24,245 nt of DNA. Origin: a virus. Lineage: Duplodnaviria > Caudoviricetes. Shown here in pieces: positions 15,363 to 24,245 of this stretch; positions within the stretch are counted from its first letter, which is position 1, and each line of letters starts with the position of its first letter. The notes under the pieces were generated by a model, which was not told the origin of the DNA, searched no databases, and saw only the letters and a program-made list of their open reading frames with translations. The stretch spans positions 1 through 24,245 of IMG/VR virus record IMGVR_UViG_3300017785_004784; one strand, written 5' to 3'. A program made the translations under genes and the position numbers.

Positions 15363-16150
15363 AAAATTCTCCGTGTTCTCATAAACGTGGCGCTACCGTA
15401 TTTACAATCCCGACGCCGTGGATCAACAAACTCACCCCGTATACAATTCATCCAGGGCTCCCAGTAATAGGCTAAATCACACTTAGCGTATCGGTCTACC
15501 CATTTCTTTACGTCGATTGTACGGCCATCTGTACCATCCATATCGGCTATACACGGCTTAGACAGATTAGGACTTTCTCCGTGGAACTCACAAACGTATC
15601 CCTTGGCGCAGCGTTGCCGGTGAGGACTGTCAACAGGAACACACTGAGGCAAAGCAACAGATACCCGATGTAATAAAACTCTTCTGGCACTTTCATTTAG
15701 GTCACACTCCAAACAAGGACTGACGTAACATGTCAGGTTAGTAGAGCTGCTAAACATCACAGCCAGGTCATTTAACTGCTTATCAAAGTATCCCATCAGC
15801 TTTTTATCGTTACGAAGCACTGCACGACTGGCAGAGGCTGGCGTATGCCCGTAGAACGCCTCATAACGGCCACAGCGACGATTTCTAAGGCATGGGCCAT
15901 TAGAGAGATGGACCCGAACAACCTTTGGCCTGGAGTCAGCTATAAGCCTTTTAGGGCACTGGCACTCAGTTCCGAATGTATTGGTTAGCCAGGATAGTTT
16001 GAGCGTCTCATGGCCACGGTACATCTTAACCGTCGCATTACAGTTCCAGTCCTTGTGGCACATAGCCAGCAAACTTGGTGCTGCCGTGGCTAGTGGTGCG
16101 TATATCAATACTAATAGTATCGATATGAACACCACTTTAAACGGTCTCAT
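15323..16150 (-). CDS. Exported cysteine-rich protein of unknown function
   Basis: Signal peptide MRPFKVVFISILLVLIYAPLATA; 18 Cys in 275 aa. Confidence 0.75.
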   Translation of the reverse strand: MRPFKVVFISILLVLIYAPLATAAPSLLAMCHKDWNCNATVKMYRGHETLKLSWLTNTFGTECQCPKRLIADSRPKVVRVHLSNGPCLRNRRCGRYEAFYGHTPASASRAVLRNDKKLMGYFDKQLNDLAVMFSSSTNLTCYVSPCLECDLNESARRVLLHRVSVALPQCVPVDSPHRQRCAKGYVCEFHGESPNLSKPCIADMDGTDGRTIDVKKWVDRYAKCDLAYYWEPWMNCIRGEFVDPRRRDCKYGSATFMRTRRILCRYFLLPLFGTC

Positions 16151-16389
16151 TTTTCCAGCACCCTATCGAGTTTCTTATCCATGCGCTCGATCTGAGACTG
16201 AATGTTGTTAAGTTCAGCCTTGAGGATCTGAACTTCCATTGTCACCTGATACTTGGATTGCTCAAGCTCATGAAGCGAGTTTTTAACCGCACGATAATCC
16301 ATGCCAACGATGGAAATCACCACGCCAATGATGGCTTTCACAGCAAGGTCAAACCAATACTTGAGTTGTGTAAAATCTCCGTCCGTCAA
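16147..16389 (-). CDS. Small membrane protein with coiled coil (lysis-cassette associated)
   Basis: TM LAVKAIIGVVISIVGM followed by heptads ending MDKKLDRVLEK. Confidence 0.7.
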   Translation of the reverse strand: MTDGDFTQLKYWFDLAVKAIIGVVISIVGMDYRAVKNSLHELEQSKYQVTMEVQILKAELNNIQSQIERMDKKLDRVLEK

Positions 16390-16805
16390 TGTACCCTCCC
16401 GCCGCCATAAGCATCTATAACTACTATTTCTGCTTCGGGAGTGTTCCCCATAAGTTCCATGAACTTTTGGAACGCCGATTTGCTTGCTAATATCGCTGAT
16501 TCACTGCCAAGTTTGCCAAACTGCAAACCGACTAAGATACAACCATGCGTGTCCTTATGCGTATTGCCAGCGTGAATTAATATATGGCTACGCTCAGGGA
16601 CATCCATTATTTGGTAGGTTAAACCAAACTTAGGACTACGATGTAGTTTTAGTTTGTAACGACCAACTGGGATACAGCTAATTAACTTTTCGTTGTATCG
16701 CCAGGGATCCTCCAGCGTTACTAACTCAGGAGAGCCGTCGATACAGAGGACGCCCATGGTAGCGCCGTTATGCTCTGTAACTCTGACTAACCTAAGCTGC
16801 TTCAT
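16386..16805 (-). CDS. DUF5675-family protein (candidate endolysin)
   Basis: LRLVR..ATMGVL..TLEDPW...SCIPVGRY...VPERSHILIHAGN...THGCILVG; ATG 16805 overlaps upstream stop. Confidence 0.85.
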   Translation of the reverse strand: MKQLRLVRVTEHNGATMGVLCIDGSPELVTLEDPWRYNEKLISCIPVGRYKLKLHRSPKFGLTYQIMDVPERSHILIHAGNTHKDTHGCILVGLQFGKLGSESAILASKSAFQKFMELMGNTPEAEIVVIDAYGGGRVH

Positions 16806-17041
16806 GTTGGTGGTACCGGAAACACCCACAACTTAGGATCTGCACCCTGCTGCGGAAGGTCTCGTAGCTCCTGGCGATACACTGCCCAATCCGATTTATT
16901 AGCGAGATCAACGTCTGGGAGTTGAGTGTAATCACTGCTTTGCAATTCGTGGTTGCACCATTGTTTGATCCAAGCAATTATTTCTGCATTGCTTACTAAT
17001 TCAGGCGCAAGCCATTCTGGTAGTGTTGTTTGCCAATCCAT
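16802..17041 (-). CDS. Phage tail (fibre) assembly chaperone
   Basis: LQSSDYTQLPDV...WAVYRQELRDLPQQ...WVFPVPP signature; follows tail fibre. Confidence 0.85.
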   Translation of the reverse strand: MDWQTTLPEWLAPELVSNAEIIAWIKQWCNHELQSSDYTQLPDVDLANKSDWAVYRQELRDLPQQGADPKLWVFPVPPT

Positions 17042-17985
17042 TACACACTCTCATAGTTAAAGTTTAATCGGATATAGGTTCCTGTGCCAGCGGTCCAATT
17101 AGTATTTACCAACACATTTTTTGAAATAACAAAATTGGTTGCTGATGAAAAATATCCAAAGCCGATTGTGGTAGCAGTAGCGTCCAAACATAAACCTGGT
17201 AGAAAAAACATATTGGTTGACGAAATGCTGGATGATGCGTTGACCGGAGATGTTAGGTTTAATCGCGGATTGCCGCCAGTTCCTAAATTTATTTGTACAT
17301 TCATCTCCAAAAAAACGGTTTTGTTTATTTTTCTGAAACGAGTATTAGACGTTGTAATGCTTGAAACAATGTTAGGTGCTTCACCAGTCAAATTGGTTGT
17401 GGTAATGGTGTAATCCAACCATCCACTCGGATCGTTTGCGATCCTCATGTATGTACCATCGTAAACCAATTCAAGAATAGCTCCTGCTACCCACGAACCG
17501 ATAGTCGGCGAGGAATTTAACCCATCGTTGCTAACAATCTGTTTTGTGCCGATAGCATTTATATTTAAAGTATGCGCAGTTGCGCCAGCTCCTGTAGAGC
17601 CTAACCCACTTCCAACGAGCATCCTAAATTTTTGTCCAGCCTTGTACGCTGTAATGGCAGGAGTAGCTGTTGCTGTCTGAGCCGTAGCTGTACCGCCTGT
17701 AGTGCCTAGCCAAATAAAGTCACCATCTTGCACCTGGTCGACTCTAGCAAGCTCTGTTCGTGCCGTAGCAGCAGCAGCGTTGGTGTACTTAAAGCCGCCA
17801 AGGTTAAGGTTACCAGTAGCAGGGTTAGAACCATCCTTGTTAAGGCACTGGTTGATACCAGTGGCGAAGTCATCGTCCTGTGTGTCGTGGCGTCCAGCCT
17901 CAATGCCTATGCCTAGCGACGCATCGCCAACCCAACCGCCAGTTGAGTTGTTGCCCTTTGTATAGTTCCCACCCGACCAAGCCAT
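17041..17985 (-). CDS. Tail fibre / receptor-binding protein
   Basis: N-terminal attachment-type segment (DDDFATGINQCLNKDG), G/T/A-rich shaft, beta-rich C-terminus; AGGAGG RBS. Confidence 0.8.
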   Translation of the reverse strand: MAWSGGNYTKGNNSTGGWVGDASLGIGIEAGRHDTQDDDFATGINQCLNKDGSNPATGNLNLGGFKYTNAAAATARTELARVDQVQDGDFIWLGTTGGTATAQTATATPAITAYKAGQKFRMLVGSGLGSTGAGATAHTLNINAIGTKQIVSNDGLNSSPTIGSWVAGAILELVYDGTYMRIANDPSGWLDYTITTTNLTGEAPNIVSSITTSNTRFRKINKTVFLEMNVQINLGTGGNPRLNLTSPVNASSSISSTNMFFLPGLCLDATATTIGFGYFSSATNFVISKNVLVNTNWTAGTGTYIRLNFNYESV

Positions 17986-17993
17986 GTATCCTC

Positions 17994-20588
17994 CTAAATT
18001 AAACTCAAAACTTTATCGACGTATCGTTGTGTTTCTTTCGGCATATACTTGGAAACGTTCTCCCAAGTTATAGGCTTGTTTTCTTTTTTAACTTTTCTAA
18101 TAGCAGCGTTTACTACTTCAGGTCGTGAGTTGTAAGCAGCAAACAATAACATCGGCTCCTTATACTTGCCGTAGGTATCGTCTAACTCAACAAGCAGTTT
18201 GCTTGCGCCTGTGATTGCTTGCTTTGGATCAAACGAGTTCTTTACGCCTAATGCTTTAGCTGTCGCTGGCATGAGCTGAACTAGGCCTTCTGCCTGACCA
18301 TACTTAGTTTTGGGTCCAACAGCGTCAGGGTTAAAGTTTGACTCTACTTGAGCAATCGCCTTTACCCATTTAGGGTTTATGCCAAACTCCCGTGGAATTT
18401 CATCAAGCAGCGCACTTATCTCTTGCTTGCCAACCTTAACATTTGCCTTTGGCGCATTTGACGACGTTTCAAAGCCTTGGATCTGATTAAACAAATCATC
18501 CACTTCTGGCGAAGTCATAGCGGCAGCGCCAACGCCACCAACGCTTAATAAATCAGACTTCTTCGATGATTTAGTTTCTTCGATAGCCTTGAAACCTGTA
18601 GCTGGCTCACGACCAGCAGTAGTTCCAGTAACTGCGCCAACTTTACCTGCCGCTGTTCTGGTGTTGCGCAATGCTTCTGTCAGCTTGCGTACTTTACCAA
18701 TTGTTTCTAATCCTTGTTCTGGAGCGGAAAACAACAGCCTTGCATAACCTTCATAAAATTCAGGTTTTTTATTGCCACCCAATACTTTAGAAAGCATTTT
18801 ACCGCCTTCTGTAACTGGGTTTTTCATGAACTGCATTGCTTTCTGAATAGCTCCAATGCTTTCTTCAACAGCTTGTTCACGCTGAAGTAACGGAGCTGTT
18901 GGAGATCCTGCAAAGTATTTACGCTGACCTTTAAGAATTGTTTGTTCTACAGTTAATGGTTCAATAATTTTATCAAACTTGTTGCCTAACGCTGCTTGTA
19001 ACTTAGCTCGCAATGCTGGCGAATCAATAAGCTTATTGATTGGGTTGCGCTCATCAGGAGCCGCATCAACGGCACGTTGCAAATACGATCTAACTCCCGA
19101 TTCCCAATCTTCTAACTTGCCAGCCTGAATGAAATCATCCCGCAAACTAGCAATAGTGTCAGCATCAAGCGCAAATACTCTTCCAATAGTACCAGGCTTA
19201 TCGGGACTTACATTTGCCAAAAATCCTATCTTGCTTTGCTCCTTAGCCGTAAGTCCCTTGCTCATCTTAGCAAAGGTTTCTGTTGCGGTGCCGTAGTCCG
19301 GCGACTCGTTTTTTATTGCCTTCATCAAAGCGTTTCTAGCGTCTTGAATTTTGCCAGAAGTGTATTTGTTTTTGACCGCTCTCGCCTTTCCAGCAAGATA
19401 CTGCTGTGCTTGGTGCAATACTTCAGTGCTAGAATCTGGAAGGCTTGCAAGTTCTGGAAGCTCTTTTCGTACGGCTTTGATAGCTCCTTGTATTCTAGGA
19501 TTTTCGGTAATCAGCTTTATGCTTTCATCTTTTGTAAGCTGTGGCGTTTTTTCAAATGCAGCATCGTACAAACCTTTAGTAGCTTCTTTTCTTGCTATTC
19601 CAAGCTCATCAAGTAACGACTTTGCTCCCTGGACTAACTTATTAGCAGCCGCCGTAACGTTACGCTGAGGACTAATCACATCCAAACTTTGTGTAATACG
19701 AGCAGTCGCATCAGCAGCTCTCCCTTCTATAGCCTTTTGAGCAATTTCTATTGAAGCTGGGTAGTTGGCAATAAATTTAGCTTCTTGAAACAAGGATGGC
19801 GATTGTACCGCTTCAGGAATGAATAGCGGTTTGCCCAATTCGCCAGCTCTTATCAAGGCTTGCTCTGCCGCTGGAATAGCTTCTGGTGCTGTTTCAGATA
19901 AGATTTTAGCAAGTTGCATTTCTTGCGCTGTAAATGCTGGTTTGCCACCTAAACCAACGGCTCCACGTTCTGCGCCACCCAATGCAGCTTGAGTAAAAAA
20001 TGGCTGAAGAACATATTCAGAAGCGAGTTGACTCCCTTTGCCAAGTGCGCCGCCTAAAAGGGCTCCGGTTCCTGCGCCAATAGCGCTACCCGCTAAACGC
20101 TCTCCAGGCTGCGCTGATCCTGCACCAACAAGCCCGCCTTGAGCTGCGCCTATTGCAGCTAATTGACCAATGGTAGGAGTTGCTTTGCCAGTGGCACCAA
20201 GCAATAGCTTCGAAGCTAGTCCAGGGGCTGCAACACCAGCGCCAAGCAACCCAGTTCCTAGCCCTGCTGCTATTTCAGAACCTATAGCAACGCCTGGTTG
20301 CGTTTCCATGATGCGTTGTCGCATCGCTGCTTCGTTTGCAAGTTCATCTTGATAAGAACTTCCACCAAATAAACTACGCAATCCCGCAACTGCTTCATCT
20401 CCAAACGAAAATGTAAGCCCTTGAGAAGCTCCGCTTAATGCCGCAGCTAAAGTATCGTAACGATCAACTTTTGCTTGCGCCTCTTTTACAGCGGCTTCGT
20501 TGCGAGCAAATTCGGCCAACTTGTCCGCTGGTATTTGCGGAGTTGAAAACCCTTGAATTTGCTGAAACAACTCTTCTTCTGTAGCCAT
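17994..20588 (-). CDS. Large ejection (internal virion) protein with C-terminal lytic transglycosylase domain
   Basis: G/A-rich hydrophobic N-region (QGLTFSFGDE), helical middle, C-terminal AIAQVESNFNPDAVG...GLVQLMPATA...AAYN...ETQRYVDKV. Confidence 0.85.
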   Translation of the reverse strand: MATEEELFQQIQGFSTPQIPADKLAEFARNEAAVKEAQAKVDRYDTLAAALSGASQGLTFSFGDEAVAGLRSLFGGSSYQDELANEAAMRQRIMETQPGVAIGSEIAAGLGTGLLGAGVAAPGLASKLLLGATGKATPTIGQLAAIGAAQGGLVGAGSAQPGERLAGSAIGAGTGALLGGALGKGSQLASEYVLQPFFTQAALGGAERGAVGLGGKPAFTAQEMQLAKILSETAPEAIPAAEQALIRAGELGKPLFIPEAVQSPSLFQEAKFIANYPASIEIAQKAIEGRAADATARITQSLDVISPQRNVTAAANKLVQGAKSLLDELGIARKEATKGLYDAAFEKTPQLTKDESIKLITENPRIQGAIKAVRKELPELASLPDSSTEVLHQAQQYLAGKARAVKNKYTSGKIQDARNALMKAIKNESPDYGTATETFAKMSKGLTAKEQSKIGFLANVSPDKPGTIGRVFALDADTIASLRDDFIQAGKLEDWESGVRSYLQRAVDAAPDERNPINKLIDSPALRAKLQAALGNKFDKIIEPLTVEQTILKGQRKYFAGSPTAPLLQREQAVEESIGAIQKAMQFMKNPVTEGGKMLSKVLGGNKKPEFYEGYARLLFSAPEQGLETIGKVRKLTEALRNTRTAAGKVGAVTGTTAGREPATGFKAIEETKSSKKSDLLSVGGVGAAAMTSPEVDDLFNQIQGFETSSNAPKANVKVGKQEISALLDEIPREFGINPKWVKAIAQVESNFNPDAVGPKTKYGQAEGLVQLMPATAKALGVKNSFDPKQAITGASKLLVELDDTYGKYKEPMLLFAAYNSRPEVVNAAIRKVKKENKPITWENVSKYMPKETQRYVDKVLSLI

Positions 20589-21826
20589 TACTTTGTTCCG
20601 TAAATAGCAGCCGCTTGTTCTTTTAGTTGTGCAATTTTAGCCGGATCGTTTGTCATTTGTAATTGCGACAATATTTGTTGAAGAGCATCTTTTTTAGAAG
20701 TTTTAGCAGTATCGGCAATCTCGCCCCATGCTTTTGGCTCACCAAGGTATGCAATGTCTTTAGTCGGCAACCCTCGCTCTCTAGCCAATCCTTCGTAGTA
20801 ATCCTTAGTAGTTTTATATCGTTCTGATTGCGCTTGATAAGCACGCTCTGCAATTCTCATAATGCCCTCACGAGTTGGAGCACTTAACCCACCTTCTCCT
20901 GCAAACGCTCGTGAAAGCTCGCCTTTAAGACGATCTGGGATGCTTTGACTTGCCATGATAGCAGCCTGTTCGCCTTCCCGTACCGCCATGCCAGGCTCAA
21001 TAAGTTGAACAGCTCTACGCACAAGCTCTTGTGTCGCAACGGCGTTAGGGTCTTTTACAGCTTTTGCTACTACTTTTGCAGCAGTATCAATCAATGAAAA
21101 GTTTTTAACTTCAGGCAATCCGCTAAATTCTTTTCTTAAATCGTCTGCTCTTTGTAGCTTTTCTTCGTTGAGTTTTTGTTGCGCTGCCAAAGCCTCTCGC
21201 TCTGGCTTAGTCAAAACTTCATAGGCGTCTGGGCTGGTTAATATACTACCGTCAATAGGTGAGGTAGCTGTCCCTGTAATTGTTGTCGGTGCTGTTAGTG
21301 TTGCTGCTAGTAACGCCTCTCGACGTGCTTTGCGCTCTTCGTCAAACTTACCTAGTTGGCTGTATGGAATACCCAATTCCTTGCTTCGCTCAATATCAGC
21401 TTTTAGTGGCTCAAGCGCCATTAACTTAGCTTTTTCTTGCTCAATCAAAAGATTTTGCATTGTGCCTTGCTTGTTAAGAGCTTGCGACAACGTACTAAGC
21501 CTACCGCCTACCCCTGAGCTTATCGCTTCACTTGGCAATGCTGCTAAGAAGTTTGTACGAGCTTCTGGCGTAGTAAGAGCTGACATTTGATTAGCGTACT
21601 GCTGTGTTTGCAGTCCCATATCAAAGGCTTCTTTTCGTGCCTGGTATCCAAGCAATGAAGCTACTAACGCACCACCAAGGGTGACGCCAAGGTTTTGCAT
21701 AGGACTGGCGTATGGATTAACCAGCGTAGGAAGTGCCTGTGCTACACTTTGAGCGCCAATGCCCCAATTAGTATCTAGTGGCGTATACTGTAATCCTGCC
21801 AATGCGTTAGTAAGTTCATCTGCCAT
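20588..21826 (-). CDS. Probable ejection/DNA-injection protein
   Basis: 412 aa helical, N-terminal hydrophobic segment, AVREGE motif; position between pilot-like and large ejection genes. Confidence 0.65.
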   Translation of the reverse strand: MADELTNALAGLQYTPLDTNWGIGAQSVAQALPTLVNPYASPMQNLGVTLGGALVASLLGYQARKEAFDMGLQTQQYANQMSALTTPEARTNFLAALPSEAISSGVGGRLSTLSQALNKQGTMQNLLIEQEKAKLMALEPLKADIERSKELGIPYSQLGKFDEERKARREALLAATLTAPTTITGTATSPIDGSILTSPDAYEVLTKPEREALAAQQKLNEEKLQRADDLRKEFSGLPEVKNFSLIDTAAKVVAKAVKDPNAVATQELVRRAVQLIEPGMAVREGEQAAIMASQSIPDRLKGELSRAFAGEGGLSAPTREGIMRIAERAYQAQSERYKTTKDYYEGLARERGLPTKDIAYLGEPKAWGEIADTAKTSKKDALQQILSQLQMTNDPAKIAQLKEQAAAIYGTK

Positions 21827-21828
21827 AG

Positions 21829-22752
21829 TTAGCTCGGTTTGGTAAGTCTGTTAGCAAATGCGTTTCCAAATGCTTGAGCGCCGCCAGTTACTGCGGCGTT
21901 TCCAGCGGTTTGTCCCCCACCTCCTTGTGGATTCCCATATAGCCCCATTGTGTAAGCAGCATAAGCAGCATCAGCAGAACTGGTTCCTCCTCCTCCGCCA
22001 CGGCTCATTTTAGCAATACGCTCTGCACTAGCTCTGTCACCCCGACGCATAGCCTCTTCAAAATCACGCTGCCTTTGCGCTTCTTGTTGTTGCGCTGAAA
22101 TGCCAGATTGTTGCCCGTAAAGCTCAAGGTAAGGACTAGCCATTTGGCTTGGCAACAATGCGGTGCCAGTTGCTTGAGCAAACCCTTGCTGCTGATAACC
22201 TTGTGCTGCTTGCCATGCTGCGTTCTGTGCGTCCTGACGAGCTGACCCTTGTTGCTCTGCCAACTGCTTAGTCAATGCTTGATACGCTGGAGAGTTAGGA
22301 TCTAACCCACGCTCTACGAGGCTTTGCTGTAGTTGCTCGTTTTGTCGTGCGAACTGCTCTTGGTTCTTACGTTCAAACTGGTTGTAGATCGTATCGTATG
22401 CTCGTTGCATACCTTGCTCAAATTGGGGCTGATATTCTTGCTGGAACGTATTTGGATCAAAGTTACGAACATCGCCAATACTTTCCTGTACCAAACCCTC
22501 CAGACCGCCCTGAATCTGTTGTTGCGGTGTAGGAGCTGCTGGTCCCTGAGTAGTAGGGGTAGAGGCTTTTGGCGCAAACGGATTTTGTTTAGCTGGCACA
22601 AACGGCTTTGCTTGGTTAGCCAAACGCTTACCGTAGCCATCAACCTTGTAGCCTTCTTTGTCTACCCATTGACCATTAAACTGCCAGTTCCCCCGCTTAG
22701 AAAGTGGAGGAGTTTTAGGGTCTTTAGCCATTGCTGTTTTTGCTGGTGCCAT
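21829..22752 (-). CDS. Probable ejection/pilot protein
   Basis: Likely ATG 22752 (MAPAKTAMAK), 2 nt after upstream stop; Q/A/G-rich, LVERGLDPNSPAY segment. Confidence 0.65.
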   Translation of the reverse strand: MAPAKTAMAKDPKTPPLSKRGNWQFNGQWVDKEGYKVDGYGKRLANQAKPFVPAKQNPFAPKASTPTTQGPAAPTPQQQIQGGLEGLVQESIGDVRNFDPNTFQQEYQPQFEQGMQRAYDTIYNQFERKNQEQFARQNEQLQQSLVERGLDPNSPAYQALTKQLAEQQGSARQDAQNAAWQAAQGYQQQGFAQATGTALLPSQMASPYLELYGQQSGISAQQQEAQRQRDFEEAMRRGDRASAERIAKMSRGGGGGTSSADAAYAAYTMGLYGNPQGGGGQTAGNAAVTGGAQAFGNAFANRLTKPS

Positions 22753-22754
22753 AA

Positions 22755-24245
22755 TTATACCTGTCCACCCATATCGTATCGAACCTCGAATCCTAGTATC
22801 TGCATAGTTGAGTTCTTTAGTGAACCGCCAAATCGTACAGCGGCACAATGTCCCTGACCCTTGGTGGCGTATCGGTCAAAGACGTATTCGACCTCTGCTG
22901 ACCACGGACTGCCCCATGGACTACCCCATGGAGTGAACACACCGGCAGGAGTAGAAACTGCCGTAACGGTGGCTGCTCGCCTAAAGTCAGTATCTAAACC
23001 AATGTTTAAGGTTACTCCACGCTTCACCTTCAGAATTGGTCGAATATCCTTAAACGCCTTGTAGTTTGACCGGCTGCCATAGAAGCTAAACGCTGACCGG
23101 CCACTATAGGCTATGGATTGGCTTTCAGTCGCCGTTACAGCATCGGCCTGACCTGTCTCACCCTTCCATACGATACCCGTTGAGGATGCGTAATAGGGCT
23201 TTTGGTTGAACAAACAGCTACTAAAGGCGTGTTCATCGTTATAAAGCTGGAACTGGGTCCAACCCTTAGTATCAATGCTGTAGACTAAGAAACGACAAGA
23301 GTTACCAGTTGTGGGGATGCTGATATATACCCTGCGTCCTTGCGGCCAGAAAAAGCCTGACCACTGGTGGTCGAAACTTAATACAGCGGCGTATTGCGAT
23401 ATAAGCGGGTTTACCTTGTAGCTAACGATTTGAACCGCTGCTTCAGGGTCTGACATAAATAGGCCAGAAATTGGGACAATTCCCTGCTCGCTTATGACCC
23501 AAACATCATTGTTTATTCTAACAAACGCTCTGTATCCAAGCGGTCGTCCAATGTAATACCGAGCTACCAACGCCCAGGATGTAGGGTCTCCAGCATAGGT
23601 ACCGTTGTAGAAAACGATCTCGCCTTCGCTGCTACACGCCCAGAAATAATCTTGACTTGTCATGCTGGTATTGGTGCTAAAGCTGCCAATGCCGACAAGG
23701 TATCCACCCTTGGTAAAGACGTATTGAAAGTCAAAGGATGTGAGGGCAGGCGTTCCAGCAGTTCCAGTTACCTGCAAACCGCCATACCAAACCTTAGCTG
23801 TGTTTTCTTCTACGAAATATAATCGTTCTTTATAGGCGGTAACGTTTATAAGATTAGCAGTTGTAACGCCGGTAAAGGTTACGTCAATAACGTTACCAGT
23901 CCCCGTATAAACCTTGGCGTTATCCACCCCGTTACACATATAAAGGTTGTTGCCGTAGGTTACCGTCTGGAACTCACCGTTTGTAACGGTCGTAGCGCCC
24001 TTAATTGATGTAGACACCCCACCAGTCGTTATCTTGTAAATGTTGCTGCTGGTGGCCGCTATAAGCTGCGTAGTGGCATCTTTAAGCTGTAGTGACGTCA
24101 GGGTCACAATAGGCGTAGCAGCACCTATATTGGCAAACTGCTCGTAGCCAAGACGAACGGTTGGAGCGTTTGCACCTGGAAACACATTAACGAGTTCCAG
24201 AGCAAACGTTGGCTCCATGTTGTCTATTGGACTTACTAGGTCCAA
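22755..24245 (-). CDS. Tail hub / packaged-DNA stabilisation protein (P22 gp10-like), 5' truncated
   Basis: Beta-propeller-like repeats (KERLYF, NNLYMCNG); position immediately upstream of ejection genes. Confidence 0.7.
   Translation of the reverse strand: MDLVSPIDNMEPTFALELVNVFPGANAPTVRLGYEQFANIGAATPIVTLTSLQLKDATTQLIAATSSNIYKITTGGVSTSIKGATTVTNGEFQTVTYGNNLYMCNGVDNAKVYTGTGNVIDVTFTGVTTANLINVTAYKERLYFVEENTAKVWYGGLQVTGTAGTPALTSFDFQYVFTKGGYLVGIGSFSTNTSMTSQDYFWACSSEGEIVFYNGTYAGDPTSWALVARYYIGRPLGYRAFVRINNDVWVISEQGIVPISGLFMSDPEAAVQIVSYKVNPLISQYAAVLSFDHQWSGFFWPQGRRVYISIPTTGNSCRFLVYSIDTKGWTQFQLYNDEHAFSSCLFNQKPYYASSTGIVWKGETGQADAVTATESQSIAYSGRSAFSFYGSRSNYKAFKDIRPILKVKRGVTLNIGLDTDFRRAATVTAVSTPAGVFTPWGSPWGSPWSAEVEYVFDRYATKGQGHCAAVRFGGSLKNSTMQILGFEVRYDMGGQV

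Larger units (their letters stand above)
1..24245. mobile_element. Tailed bacteriophage genome segment (podovirus-like gene set)
   Basis: TerS/TerL/portal at left, tail, ejection and lysis genes at right, recombinase/SSB/resolvase in the middle; dense overlapping start-stop junctions; no host housekeeping genes. Confidence 0.97.

Noticed and set aside
17084-23064. + strand ORFs over tail and ejection genes
   Set aside because: Antisense shadows of well-supported - strand structural genes

Overview
The whole window is tailed-phage DNA with a podovirus-like (P22/T7-style ejectosome) gene set. No host genes, integrase, tRNA or CRISPR array were recognised. Left arm (- strand): terminase small subunit, a hypervariable array of small genes, terminase large subunit, portal and the start of a further gene. 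Centre: a ~600 bp non-coding region, an XRE-HTH gene, and a + strand early operon behind a near-consensus sigma70 promoter (small proteins, exported/membrane proteins, lytic transglycosylase, Bet/RecT recombinase). These are followed by an excisionase-like HTH, an SSB-like protein and a Holliday-junction resolvase. Right arm (- strand): tail/stabilisation protein, three ejection-type proteins (the last with an SLT domain), tail fibre, chaperone and an atypical lysis cassette. The most striking unannotated element is a ~75-nt candidate small RNA (12176-12250, - strand). It has its own -35/17/-10 promoter and intrinsic terminator, and its two hairpins are antisense to the two ribosome-binding-site motifs (GGGGAAAC and GGAGACAA..ATGAA) used in front of most early genes. 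Product calls come from recognising motifs by eye, not from database searches.
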